Shown: piece by piece, positions 18,869 to 28,951 of the stretch | Layout of the letters: every line of letters starts with the position of its first letter | Position numbering within the stretch: position 1 is the first letter of the stretch | DNA from: Patescibacteria group bacterium | Lineage (GTDB): Bacteria; Patescibacteriota; Patescibacteriia; Patescibacteriales; JAQVLT01 | NCBI GenBank assembly: GCA_028704015.1 | Contig: JAQVLT010000005.1 | Span: 10,820-74,819, forward strand | Direction of reading: 5' to 3' | DNA length: 64,000 bases | Notes under the pieces: model-generated | What the model was told of the DNA's origin: nothing | Databases searched by the model: none | What the model saw: only the letters and a program-made list of their open reading frames with translations | Position numbers and translations under genes: made by a program

Positions 18869-19948
18869 TTATTTAGCCAGTAAATCAATAAATATTTCGG
18901 CTACCTTATTTAAATCATAATTAGCAGCTTTATTTTTAGCTTCGTCCGACCAGATAGACAAATCTTTTGTCAGCAAATCATTCAAGCCATCGCTCAGCTT
19001 GTCAATGTCGCCAATTTTATAAAAATATTGCAGATTGTGCGGCGGCAGTATTTCATCCAGTCCACCAGTATCAAAACCGATTATGGGTAGACCGCAGGCC
19101 ATTGATTCAATCGCTACTCGCGGAAAACCTTCTTCTTCGGAAGGCATGATAAGAATATCAGATGATTGCATATACACCGCCAAATCGCTATTGGCGACGG
19201 ATCCTAAAATATGAATATTGTTTTTATTGTCCAACATTTCTCTTTTTTCCCTCAACTCGTCAATCAATGGGCCGTTGCCAGCGATTACAAAATGTACGCG
19301 CTGATTATTCTCAAACTTTTTCCAAATAACAGGCAAATAATGCGCGCCCTTGCGCTCAGCTAAGCGATGAACAAATAAAATTACTTTGTCTTCGCTACTG
19401 ACGTGCATTTTTTTTCTCAACTCTTCCCCTTCTCCGCTATCAATTTTTTGCCAATTGGTAATTTTTATCCAATTAGGGACAACTTTTATTCTATCCAAAG
19501 ATAAATTATAATGTTGGCTATATCCCTTGGCCATAAATTTTGTGCCAGTCACTAAGTAATCTGCCAGATGTAAAATCAATTTTAGCAAACTATTATTGAT
19601 AAATCCAGGGAAAAGCCAATATTGCCCGCAATGCCAATAAAAAATTTTATATCCACAGAGTCTAGCCGCAATTACGCCCAAATAAGAATACTGCACATAA
19701 ACCTTATGGTAACCGGAAAGTCTCAATTTAAATAAATAAAAAAAACAAAAAATAAATCTTAATAATTTATTTTTAGGCAGCAAAGACGAACCCGCAACAT
19801 TTCCTTGATCAAACTTTTTTCCATTTTCAACCAACACATAAACATCAAATTTTTTTGACAATGCGTTAATCATATCATAAAGATGGCGAAAATGAGTATC
19901 CGTATTTCGGTTGTAAATCGGTAATATGTATACCAGCTTGCTTTTCAT
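18869..19948 (-). CDS. glycosyltransferase family 4 (GT-B, Glycos_transf_1)
   Basis: The C-terminal half has FVHRLAERKG...IAGNGP...PSEEEGFPRVAIESMACGLPIIG (EX7E motif). Confidence 0.8.
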   Translation of the reverse strand: MKSKLVYILPIYNRNTDTHFRHLYDMINALSKKFDVYVLVENGKKFDQGNVAGSSLLPKNKLLRFIFCFFYLFKLRLSGYHKVYVQYSYLGVIAARLCGYKIFYWHCGQYWLFPGFINNSLLKLILHLADYLVTGTKFMAKGYSQHYNLSLDRIKVVPNWIKITNWQKIDSGEGEELRKKMHVSSEDKVILFVHRLAERKGAHYLPVIWKKFENNQRVHFVIAGNGPLIDELREKREMLDNKNNIHILGSVANSDLAVYMQSSDILIMPSEEEGFPRVAIESMACGLPIIGFDTGGLDEILPPHNLQYFYKIGDIDKLSDGLNDLLTKDLSIWSDEAKNKAANYDLNKVAEIFIDLLAK

Positions 19949-19953
19949 ATTTC

Positions 19954-21870
19954 TTATCTATAATTTTTGTTATTAGCAATAAATTCTTTATGCCACAGGG
20001 CAAACATATACAAACGCCAAATTTTATCAAAATTATTGGCTTTGTTGTTATTGTGTTCTTCTATAATATTTTTAATATACTCCTTTTTAAAATAACCCAA
20101 ATCAGTAAATGACGCGTCAAGTAAAGTGTTTATAATATCCTCTCTCAACTTCCCTTCTTTTATCCAGCGATGAAGCGGAATGCCAAAACCTTTTTTCTGT
20201 CTGAATAAAATTTCATCAGGCAAATAATCTCTCAGCGCTTGTTTAAAAATATATTTAGTTTCCAGCCCTTTAAGTTTTAAGTCAAACGGAATACTCGCTA
20301 CAAATTCTATAAAATTATGGTCAACTAACGGCGCTCTGGCCTCAAGCGATACGGCCATTGAACAACGATCTACTTTTGTAAAAAACATATCAGGCAGAAG
20401 CGAGCAAAATTGACCATAGAGCAATGCTTCAAACTTATTTTTTCCGTCGTATTTATCTATCTGGTCTTCTCTTAATTTTTGCGCGCTAAATCCAGAAATT
20501 ATTTCGGAAATTGATCCATTATAAACTTCCTGAATTAATAATTTTTCGTTAAATCCACTGGTCATACTCAAAAAAACTTCCAATGGGTTGCCTGACAAAT
20601 TGCGCTGAGTTTCCGCCAATCTTTTAAACTTATATAAATACCTTAAAATTGAATCTCTATTATCAGTATTGGGAATTAATTTTGTCAGATTATAAATAGC
20701 CTCTCGGGCAAATTTCGGCAACAAATTATAAGCGCTGGCTATTTTTATGGCTTTATAGGATTCGTAGCCGGCAAAAAGTTCGTCTCCCCCGTCACCGGTT
20801 AAAGCCACTGTGACAAAATCTCGGGTAACTTTTGATACATAATAAGTTGGAATAATTGAAGCGTCAGCAAAAGGTTCGTCTAGATGCCAAACTAATTTCG
20901 GCAAAATTTCCATCACTTCTGGCTCAATAATAAATTCGTGGTGATTGGTGCCGAATTTTTCCGCTACAATTTTAGCATATTTTAACTCGGAAAAATCTTG
21001 TTCCTTAAAACCAATGGTAAAAGTTTCAATCGGTTTAACGCTAGTTTGCGCCATCATGGAGACGATGGCGCTGGAATCTACGCCGCCGGATAAAAAAGCG
21101 CCGAGAGGCACATCGGACACCATTCTCATCTTTACCGACTCTTTTAATTTATTAACGATTTCTTTTTTAATTTCATCTTCGCTTAGGCTGGTTTTTTCGG
21201 CGAAGCTGGGCGTCCAATATTTATTGATTGAATAATTATTTTTTTGAAAAATTAATTGGCAGGCAGGTTCCAACTTTTTGATATTTTTAATAATGCAATA
21301 TGGCGAAGGGACCCGGCCGTAAACAAAATAATAATGCAGGGCTTCCAAATTTATTTCTCTTTTAATATTATTATCGCATAAAATAGATTTCAATTCAGAA
21401 GCAAACAAAAATGTTTCGCCATCGTAATAATAATATAATGGCTTCTCGCCGGCTCGATCGCGCGCCAAAATTAATTTTTCTTTTCTTTCATCCCAAAGCG
21501 CAATGCCAAACATGCCATTTAGACGAGTCACGAAGCTGTCGCCGTATTGTTCATAGGCGTGAACTATGACCTCGGTATCTGACTGGGTATAAAAAACATG
21601 TCCGGTCGATTCAAGCTCTTTTCTGATTTCTTTAAAATTATATATTTCGCCGTTAAATACGACCCAAATAGTTTTGTCTTCATTGTGAATCGGCTGGTCG
21701 CCCGTGGCTAAATCAATAATTTTTAATCTTCTCATTCCCATCCCGATTCTATTGGAAAAATAAAAACCCTCGCCGTCCGGACCGCGATGCGCTATAATAT
21801 CAGTCATTTTCTTTACCAAATCTCTGTCAACCGAGGATTTAATTTTCAATTGCCCAACTATTCCGCACAT
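19954..21870 (-). CDS. asnB: asparagine synthase (glutamine-hydrolysing)-like amidotransferase
   Basis: N-terminal MCGIVG nucleophile, the SGGVDSS PP-loop and 638-aa length. Embedded in a glycan cluster. Confidence 0.9.
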   Translation of the reverse strand: MCGIVGQLKIKSSVDRDLVKKMTDIIAHRGPDGEGFYFSNRIGMGMRRLKIIDLATGDQPIHNEDKTIWVVFNGEIYNFKEIRKELESTGHVFYTQSDTEVIVHAYEQYGDSFVTRLNGMFGIALWDERKEKLILARDRAGEKPLYYYYDGETFLFASELKSILCDNNIKREINLEALHYYFVYGRVPSPYCIIKNIKKLEPACQLIFQKNNYSINKYWTPSFAEKTSLSEDEIKKEIVNKLKESVKMRMVSDVPLGAFLSGGVDSSAIVSMMAQTSVKPIETFTIGFKEQDFSELKYAKIVAEKFGTNHHEFIIEPEVMEILPKLVWHLDEPFADASIIPTYYVSKVTRDFVTVALTGDGGDELFAGYESYKAIKIASAYNLLPKFAREAIYNLTKLIPNTDNRDSILRYLYKFKRLAETQRNLSGNPLEVFLSMTSGFNEKLLIQEVYNGSISEIISGFSAQKLREDQIDKYDGKNKFEALLYGQFCSLLPDMFFTKVDRCSMAVSLEARAPLVDHNFIEFVASIPFDLKLKGLETKYIFKQALRDYLPDEILFRQKKGFGIPLHRWIKEGKLREDIINTLLDASFTDLGYFKKEYIKNIIEEHNNNKANNFDKIWRLYMFALWHKEFIANNKNYR

Positions 21871-21873
21871 AAA

Positions 21874-23010
21874 TTAATTTTTATTTAAAATTTTCTTCCA
21901 CATGCAAATAATTGAAGAAACACTGCCGGACCAGCTAAATTTTTGTTCTATATCATTCTTTAATTGAGCCGCAACTTTTTTTCTAAAAATATCATCTTCT
22001 AATAATTTATTAATTTTTTTGAGGCACTCTTCTTCACTCTCTATCGAAAATAATAAATTATCATCTTTAATAATTGAGAGAGCGCCGGTTGTTTTTGAGG
22101 CCAATGTCGGCGTGCCGGCCATAGCCGCTTCAATAATCACTTTGCCAAGACTTTCATGCTTGGACGGAAAAATAACAACTTCGGCTAAATGATAATATTC
22201 TGGTAATAAATCGTGCTGAATAGCGCCTAAAAATTCTACTGACTGCGATAATGATAAATCGCGGCATAATTTCTCCCAATTTTTGCGTTCCTCGCCATCG
22301 CCAATTACCAAAAGATAATAACCCTGCCGAGACTTCAATAATTCGTTGAAAATAGCCAAAAGGAAATCAAGGTTTTTTAATTTTACCAGTCGTCCGACAA
22401 ATAGAATAACTTTTTTATTTTCGTATTTTTTTCTGAGATTAAATAACTTTTTTTCGTCATATTGAACAAATTTATTCAGATCAACCGGTGTCGGAATAAC
22501 GCTTATTTTACTTTCCTCAATTCCCAATTCTATTAACTTTTCTTTGATTTTCGGACTGACAACCCTGACGTGATCAGCCCTTCTGGTTACAAACTTAGCC
22601 AGGGACAAAAAAAATCTATTGCTAAAACTTTCTCCCAACCAACTCTTATTATCCAAAAAATCTCCATGCCAATTCACTACCAAAGGCAGCTTATATTTAT
22701 TTTTTAACAACCAGCCAAGCAGACCGAAAATCATCGGATCCTGAGAATTAATTAAGTTAATCTGATATTTTTTTATTGCGATACTTGATTGTTTATAAAT
22801 TTGCCAAAACAAACCAAATTTATTTTTTCCTCCTGAAGGTATTAAGGTTAAATTATCTTTATTTATTTCCGCTCCCAAACCAGTCGGAGATTTAATTACA
22901 ATAATTAAACGTTCGCACCCCTCAGCATAAGCTATATGTCTGGACAGAAAATCACCCATTGAATTATTTCGGAAAATACTATTATCAGAACTTAACATTA
23001 ATATCTTCAT
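21874..23010 (-). CDS. glycosyltransferase family 4
   Basis: FVGRLVKLKN...VIGDGEE...PSKHESLGKVIIEAAMAGTPTLAS (EX7E). Confidence 0.8.
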   Translation of the reverse strand: MKILMLSSDNSIFRNNSMGDFLSRHIAYAEGCERLIIVIKSPTGLGAEINKDNLTLIPSGGKNKFGLFWQIYKQSSIAIKKYQINLINSQDPMIFGLLGWLLKNKYKLPLVVNWHGDFLDNKSWLGESFSNRFFLSLAKFVTRRADHVRVVSPKIKEKLIELGIEESKISVIPTPVDLNKFVQYDEKKLFNLRKKYENKKVILFVGRLVKLKNLDFLLAIFNELLKSRQGYYLLVIGDGEERKNWEKLCRDLSLSQSVEFLGAIQHDLLPEYYHLAEVVIFPSKHESLGKVIIEAAMAGTPTLASKTTGALSIIKDDNLLFSIESEEECLKKINKLLEDDIFRKKVAAQLKNDIEQKFSWSGSVSSIICMWKKILNKN

Positions 23011-23034
23011 AAATTATAATCTAAAAAATATTAA

Positions 23035-23754
23035 TTATGCCTTAAACCATTTTGGCAAAAAAACTTTCTTAAAATTAACCGGCGTCTTATCTTCTTTTTC
23101 AGCTAAAACCCAAATATTTCCTCCCCATATTTGAAGTAGTGGTTCAAAAATATAATTAAACCAACGCGGTTTTTTTCTTATTAAACCCGAAGTTTTGATT
23201 ATTTTGTATCCAGCCATTTCTAATAGATACAATAAAGACTTTTTATTAAACGCGTAAAAATGGCAGCTTGAACGATGCGTCTCAAACATGGACATTAATG
23301 GAATTTGAATTACTATCCGCCCCCGATCTTTAAGCAAATTCCGGCAATCATACAAAAATTTGTAAGGACTTACCATGTGAACAAGAAAATCAGTGCACCA
23401 AATTAAATCATACTTTTCTGTAATTAACGACAAATCATCTTCGGCATTAAGCGAGATTATCTTCAAACCCAAACTTCGAGAAAAATCAACTAACTTATTA
23501 TTAACTTCAATGCCTATTGATTCCTTGGAAAAATGTATCAAATTCTGGCCATAAGCGCTCCCAATTTCTAACATTTTTTCTTCTTGGCTAATGCCAAATC
23601 TTTTATAAATATATTCGTGGTCGCCATGCCAATTTTTGAAAGATTGTTCATAGATTCTTCTATTTTCTTCACCAGTAAAAATACCTCTATCCATAATTAA
23701 CTTTTCCAATTCTTCGTTTGTCTTTCTCATATTTATAATATTATTTTGTAACAA
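23035..23754 (-). CDS. class I SAM-dependent methyltransferase
   Basis: MLEIGSAYGQNL motif I variant, YDLIWCTDFLVHM and LKDRGRIVIQIP. The start overlaps the radical SAM gene's stop by 14 nt. Confidence 0.65.
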   Translation of the reverse strand: MLQNNIINMRKTNEELEKLIMDRGIFTGEENRRIYEQSFKNWHGDHEYIYKRFGISQEEKMLEIGSAYGQNLIHFSKESIGIEVNNKLVDFSRSLGLKIISLNAEDDLSLITEKYDLIWCTDFLVHMVSPYKFLYDCRNLLKDRGRIVIQIPLMSMFETHRSSCHFYAFNKKSLLYLLEMAGYKIIKTSGLIRKKPRWFNYIFEPLLQIWGGNIWVLAEKEDKTPVNFKKVFLPKWFKA

Positions 23755-25186
23755 ATTTTTTAGCGATTTTAAACTCTATTGGCCAAGCAAAAAATTTTAA
23801 TTTCCAGCGCAATTTACAGAGTAAAACAAAACCTAATTTTAAAAATTTATGCGCCTTTATGCTTGAACCCATCGCGCTTTTAATACTATGAGCGCCGAAA
23901 CGGACGTATGCCTCCATTGATTCAACGAAATCTTTATCTTTGACCCAGGGGAAATTTTTTACCGCCAAATATGAAAGTTCATTTCTTGCGACTTTCGCCC
24001 ACTCATCAATAGAATCAGGCGCTTTCCAACCGGACGCCAAACACTCATTGTATAATTCGGAGCCGGGATAAGGGCGAAAAGCTTGCGGCCCGAGAATTTG
24101 CACCTCCCCTTCCAATTTAAGCAAACGATCAATCAAAAACAGCGTCATCATCATATCGCTTTTTTCTTCACCCGGCAAACCAATCATAAAAGAATACTGC
24201 GGAATTATTCCGTGCCGCAAACACATTTGCGCTGACTTTACAATTTCTTCCGGCGTAATTCCTTTTTTGATTTTTTTTAAAATTCTTGGGCTGCCTGATT
24301 CTGCGCCAAACGAAAGTAAATAACAGCCGGATTTTTTTAATTTCTCCAAAAAAGCATCGTCAACCATGCCGTTTGCCAGATAATTTGCCCGCACAGTCGT
24401 CTCCCATGGCATAACCAAGTTACGCTCTAGCATGCCGTCTATTATTTTTTTGGCACGGTTAATATCAACAAAAAAATTTTCATCCCAAAAACGCAACTTT
24501 TTATCCTTAAAACATTCTTTGTTTTTAATGATTTCCAAATCTTTCAAAACTTGTTCGGCGCTTCTTGGCCGCCAACAATATTTCAAAATAGCGTTGATGC
24601 AAAAAGTACATTGGTGAGGACAACCGCGAGAAGTTAAAGACGGTATCAAATATAGATGATTTAATATTTCCGAAGGCACTAAATCCCATTTAAATAACGG
24701 CATCGCCGCCGGATTATGAAGAGGGCGATGAGGATTAATCGTTACCTTTTCGCCTTGTCTAAAGGCAATCCCTTGAATATCATTTAGCGGCACGCCCGCG
24801 GCTATTTCATACGTAGTCTCTTCACCCTCGCCGTACACGGCGATATCAACCAGCGGATAAGCGGCGGTTTGCTCCAAAAAAAATGTTGGATGCGATCCAC
24901 CCCAGACTATTGTACAACCGGGATTTTCCTCTTTGATTACGCGAGATACTTCAATAGCATTGGCTATTTGCATCGTCATCACTGAAATTCCGACAATATC
25001 AAAATCTTTAATTTTTTCTTTTATTAAATCCAAATAATTTTTCTGTCTAACCCCGTCAATCATTTCAACTTTGACTCCCCGGCTATCCAAATACGTAGCA
25101 ATGCTCAAAAGTCCGACCGACACCGAACTGTCGTAATTATCTTTGGAAATATTAAACGGTGGATTAATCAATAATACATTTTTCAT
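23741..25186 (-). CDS. B12-binding-domain radical SAM protein (class B rSAM)
   Basis: N-terminal cobalamin-binding-like Rossmann segment (DFDIVGISVMT), then the CX3CX2C cluster SRGCPHQCTFC. Confidence 0.85.
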   Translation of the reverse strand: MKNVLLINPPFNISKDNYDSSVSVGLLSIATYLDSRGVKVEMIDGVRQKNYLDLIKEKIKDFDIVGISVMTMQIANAIEVSRVIKEENPGCTIVWGGSHPTFFLEQTAAYPLVDIAVYGEGEETTYEIAAGVPLNDIQGIAFRQGEKVTINPHRPLHNPAAMPLFKWDLVPSEILNHLYLIPSLTSRGCPHQCTFCINAILKYCWRPRSAEQVLKDLEIIKNKECFKDKKLRFWDENFFVDINRAKKIIDGMLERNLVMPWETTVRANYLANGMVDDAFLEKLKKSGCYLLSFGAESGSPRILKKIKKGITPEEIVKSAQMCLRHGIIPQYSFMIGLPGEEKSDMMMTLFLIDRLLKLEGEVQILGPQAFRPYPGSELYNECLASGWKAPDSIDEWAKVARNELSYLAVKNFPWVKDKDFVESMEAYVRFGAHSIKSAMGSSIKAHKFLKLGFVLLCKLRWKLKFFAWPIEFKIAKKFVTK

Positions 25187-26325
25187 AAAGCTTGATAATT
25201 TTTAAAAACGGCAATCAATTCGCTGATCATTCTTTCACGAGAAAATTGGCTCGCTTTGGTTTTTGCGTTATTAGCAAACTCTTTGGCCAAGATATCATTC
25301 AGTAAAATTTTTTCCGCGGCTGATTTTATTTCACTAAAATTATTATACTCAACCAAAATGCCATTTCGACCGTCATCAATAAGCTCAATATTTCCTTCCA
25401 CTCTGGTTGTAATAACCGGCGTACCTAATAACATAACCTCTAAAAGCTGGTGTGAAAAACCTTCGTAATGAGTATTCAAAATAAACAGATCGCTCGCTTT
25501 AATATATTTATACAATTCATCTTTGCCAAATTTTCCTTTGAGAAAAACGGAATTTTCCAGATTTTTTTCTTTTACCAATTGTTTTAATTCTATCTCCATC
25601 GGACCATCGCCGATTATTAGCAAAGACAAATTGCTAAATGTTTTTTTGAGCTCAGGAAATAATTTAATTAATTCCCGAAAGCCCTTCCACGGAACCAAAC
25701 GACCAATAGTTAGAATAACCAATCCTTCTAAATGCAACTCTTGCCGAATTTTCGCTTTGTCGCTATAAACATCTTTGACATTAACCGAATTGTATATAAC
25801 CTTTATTTTATTTGATTTTATTCCCCAATTCTGGACAATAGTTTTTAAATATTCGCTGGGAACAATAATCAAGTTGGCTTTCTGCGCTACAAAATATTGC
25901 GCTTTTTTAAGCAATCTAACCAAAAATGGATAACCTTTATAATTTTTGGAAAAATCATCCAGGCTATCTTTTATCCCAAATCTCTGGCAACCCTGCTCCC
26001 AGGCGTGATCTCCGGCCATCCTGACAATTATTTTTTTGCCCAGTATTTTACCGGCCACTAGCGTCGGTAAGCCGACACTTACCAAATCCAAAGCAAAAAT
26101 CAAATCCTTTGAGACTGCTTTTTTCAGAACATAAAAAAAGAAAAAAATATGCCTGATAATTTTTGGATACTTTTTAAAATTGCCAAAATTTATTAGCGAT
26201 AGTTCAAAATCGTCTGCTGACAAATTTTCCAATAATAATTTTGCATAAGTTGCCGGCCCGCCAATGTCCGGAGCAAAAATTCCGGTAACAATTAAAACTT
26301 TTATTTTTTTATTATTAATATCCAT
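25183..26325 (-). CDS. glycosyltransferase family 4
   Basis: TIGRLVPWKG...IIGDGP...NTHYEGFSHQLLEVMLLGTPVITT (EX7E). 4-nt overlap with the radical SAM gene. Confidence 0.8.
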   Translation of the reverse strand: MDINNKKIKVLIVTGIFAPDIGGPATYAKLLLENLSADDFELSLINFGNFKKYPKIIRHIFFFFYVLKKAVSKDLIFALDLVSVGLPTLVAGKILGKKIIVRMAGDHAWEQGCQRFGIKDSLDDFSKNYKGYPFLVRLLKKAQYFVAQKANLIIVPSEYLKTIVQNWGIKSNKIKVIYNSVNVKDVYSDKAKIRQELHLEGLVILTIGRLVPWKGFRELIKLFPELKKTFSNLSLLIIGDGPMEIELKQLVKEKNLENSVFLKGKFGKDELYKYIKASDLFILNTHYEGFSHQLLEVMLLGTPVITTRVEGNIELIDDGRNGILVEYNNFSEIKSAAEKILLNDILAKEFANNAKTKASQFSRERMISELIAVFKNYQAL

Positions 26326-26334
26326 AAAAAATTA

Positions 26335-26871
26335 TTAATTTTCTACTTTTACGCCTACTAAAAATTTTCTGTCAAAATAAAGCGAAACTGCTTCATAACC
26401 GCCAAAAAGCACGCCACTATAAAGCAAGTCGCCTGCTAAAGTATTTCTAAAAAATGGCAAAGCCATAGTGAAACAGCTAGCCAGGCCGGCGAAGGTGTGC
26501 GGATACCAATTGAAAAAAATCCAGACCGCGAAATTAGTAATAATAAAAAAAATGACCGAAGACAACAAGGCGCCAAAAACCACGCTGTACCATTTGATTT
26601 TTTTGGACAAATAACGGCCGACAAAAAATGAAACCGCGATAGAGGCATAAACCGAAGCCATCACCTGCCAGTCATAAAAACCAATAAAAAAATCGCTTGC
26701 TAACATTGCCGCTAAGGGCAGAACCACCGCCCAACGCCTGCATAGATAAGCACCGGCAAAAATTGACATTGCGGCGATAGGCGTAAAATTGTAAGGATGT
26801 TTTATTAACCGCGAACTGGCGGCTAGCAAAACCAAGAGGACTGCAAAAACTATTTTTTGTTTTTTGTTCAT
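26335..26871 (-). CDS. polytopic membrane protein (DUF6580 / ECF S-component-like)
   Basis: 178 aa with 5-6 hydrophobic helices. The motif NFTPIAAMSIFAGAYL resembles the DUF6580 hallmark as I remember it. Confidence 0.45.
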   Translation of the reverse strand: MNKKQKIVFAVLLVLLAASSRLIKHPYNFTPIAAMSIFAGAYLCRRWAVVLPLAAMLASDFFIGFYDWQVMASVYASIAVSFFVGRYLSKKIKWYSVVFGALLSSVIFFIITNFAVWIFFNWYPHTFAGLASCFTMALPFFRNTLAGDLLYSGVLFGGYEAVSLYFDRKFLVGVKVEN

Positions 26872-26875
26872 AAAT

Positions 26876-28012
26876 TTATTTTATCAATCTTTCTAAAATA
26901 TTTTTCATTTTTCTGGCAATTTTGTCCCAATCGTAATTTTTAACTACTAATTCTTTTCCGTTTTTTACCAGAAGTTGGCGTAAGGCATCGTCAGAAAATA
27001 CTCGATCAATTTTTCGCGCCAAATCCTCGGGATTATTCGGCTCGCAAAACAGCCCTGTTTCGCCATCGACCAAAAAATCAGGAATACCCCCAACCGGCGT
27101 ACCAATTATCGGTAATCCGGCCGCCATGGCTTCCAGAAAAGAATTGCCAAGTCCTTCGGACAGCGACGGACGAACAAAGAGATCGCTTGCCCACAAATAT
27201 TTCACTAAATCATCATGTTTCTGATATCCTAAAAAATAAATACTATTTTCAATCTTTAATTCACGCGCTATTTTTTTCAAATTTTCCTCTTCTTCTCCTT
27301 CGCCCAGAATTAAAAGTTTAGGATTTATTCGTGTCATTGACAATGATCTAACCAAGCTATCTAGGCCATTCTTTCTGGTTAAACGCGAAGTGGTAATAAT
27401 TAACTTATCATTCTCGCTAAAATTCAAACTTTTTTTAGCTTCTTCCTGGTTAAAACTCTCGGGGCAAATAAATTTTTCCAAATCAACCCCATTGGGCACG
27501 ATTTCAATTGGGCATTCGGCGCCATTCTCCTTGGCCCACCCTGCTAAAAATTTACTGATTGTCTGAATATAATCAGCGGATTTAAAAATTTGTAAAAATA
27601 ATTTATGAAAAATACCAACTCGCTTTTTAATATACGCCGGATCGTCACCTTCCTGCAAAGTCAAAAGAAAAGGAATATTTTTATTTCCTCTTTTAAAATA
27701 TATTGCGGCAAAACCGCCATAGCTTGCCATAATCGCCCAGACCGAATCATAAGGCTTGGCTTTATTTAATTTCATACCAAGCCGATGACCGAAAAAAGCC
27801 AACAAATATTTATCTAATTTCTTTATGCCCAACCCAACGCGATAAATATTTATATTTCCAATTTTTTCTTGTTTTGGCAATTTTTTCATCCGTGCCATAA
27901 TCAAGTCAAACTCAAAATCTTCACCCAACCTATCGGTGATTTCTTTAACTGCAACTTCTGCTCCGCCGACAAAAGGATAATAGGCGGTGGAAAAAATTAA
28001 AATTCTTTTCAT
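26876..28012 (-). CDS. glycosyltransferase family 4
   Basis: TTSRLTRKNG...ILGEGEE...PSLSEGLGNSFLEAMAAGLPIIGT (EX7E). Confidence 0.8.
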   Translation of the reverse strand: MKRILIFSTAYYPFVGGAEVAVKEITDRLGEDFEFDLIMARMKKLPKQEKIGNINIYRVGLGIKKLDKYLLAFFGHRLGMKLNKAKPYDSVWAIMASYGGFAAIYFKRGNKNIPFLLTLQEGDDPAYIKKRVGIFHKLFLQIFKSADYIQTISKFLAGWAKENGAECPIEIVPNGVDLEKFICPESFNQEEAKKSLNFSENDKLIITTSRLTRKNGLDSLVRSLSMTRINPKLLILGEGEEEENLKKIARELKIENSIYFLGYQKHDDLVKYLWASDLFVRPSLSEGLGNSFLEAMAAGLPIIGTPVGGIPDFLVDGETGLFCEPNNPEDLARKIDRVFSDDALRQLLVKNGKELVVKNYDWDKIARKMKNILERLIK

Positions 28013-28947
28013 TAAATAATTTCTTTAAAGTAAGCAATGGTTTTTTTAAGGCCTTCCTCTAGTTGAATTTTTGCCTCCCAGCCCAATTTTTCTTTGGCCA
28101 AACTGATGTCGGGTTTTCTTTTGCGCGGGTCGTCTTGCGGCAATGGCCTATAAATAATTTTACTCTTGCTCTCCGGTATTAATTCCAAAACTTTTTCCGC
28201 TAGCTCCTTGATGGTGAATTCCGTAGGATTACCTAAATTAACCGGACCAATAAATTCATCTTGAGCCATCATTTTTGTCATACCGCTTATTAAATCGTCA
28301 ATATACTGGAAAGATCTTGTCTGGCTGCCATCACCATAAATAGTAATATTTTCATTTCTTAACGCTTGCACGATAAAATTTGATACTACTCTGCCATCAT
28401 CAATATACATATTGGGGCCATAAGTATTGAAAATCCTCACGATTTTAATGGCTACCCCATATTGCCGATAATAATCCAAACACAATGTTTCAGCAACCCT
28501 CTTGCCCTCATCATAACAACTGCGTATGCCAACCGGATTTACATTACCCCAATAACTTTCTTTCTGCGGATGTTCAAAAGGATCGCCGTAGACTTCCGAA
28601 GTTGAAGCCTGCAAAATTTTTGCACCTGATTTTTTCGCTAATTCTAATAAATTAATAATTCCAATCGTATTCGTTCTTACAGTTTTTACCGGATTTTCTT
28701 GATAATGAACGGGCGAGGCCGGACAAGCGAGATTGTAAATTTCATCAACAATTAAATCAATTTTATCTTCAATATCAAATTCTATTAATTTAAAATTGGG
28801 ATTATTAAAAAATTTTTCAATATTAATTTTTTGACCGGTAAAAAAATTATCTAGGCAAATCACTTCATTCCCCTTTTCCAATAGTTCTTGGCACAGATGC
28901 GAGCCGATAAATCCCGCACCGCCGGTAACTAAAATTTTTTTTGTCAT
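28012..28947 (-). CDS. UDP-glucuronate decarboxylase (UDP-xylose synthase)-like SDR
   Basis: [38 protein letters not shown] and [15 protein letters not shown] are close to UXS family signatures. Confidence 0.85.
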   Translation of the reverse strand: MTKKILVTGGAGFIGSHLCQELLEKGNEVICLDNFFTGQKINIEKFFNNPNFKLIEFDIEDKIDLIVDEIYNLACPASPVHYQENPVKTVRTNTIGIINLLELAKKSGAKILQASTSEVYGDPFEHPQKESYWGNVNPVGIRSCYDEGKRVAETLCLDYYRQYGVAIKIVRIFNTYGPNMYIDDGRVVSNFIVQALRNENITIYGDGSQTRSFQYIDDLISGMTKMMAQDEFIGPVNLGNPTEFTIKELAEKVLELIPESKSKIIYRPLPQDDPRKRKPDISLAKEKLGWEAKIQLEEGLKKTIAYFKEII

Positions 28948-28951
28948 AAAA

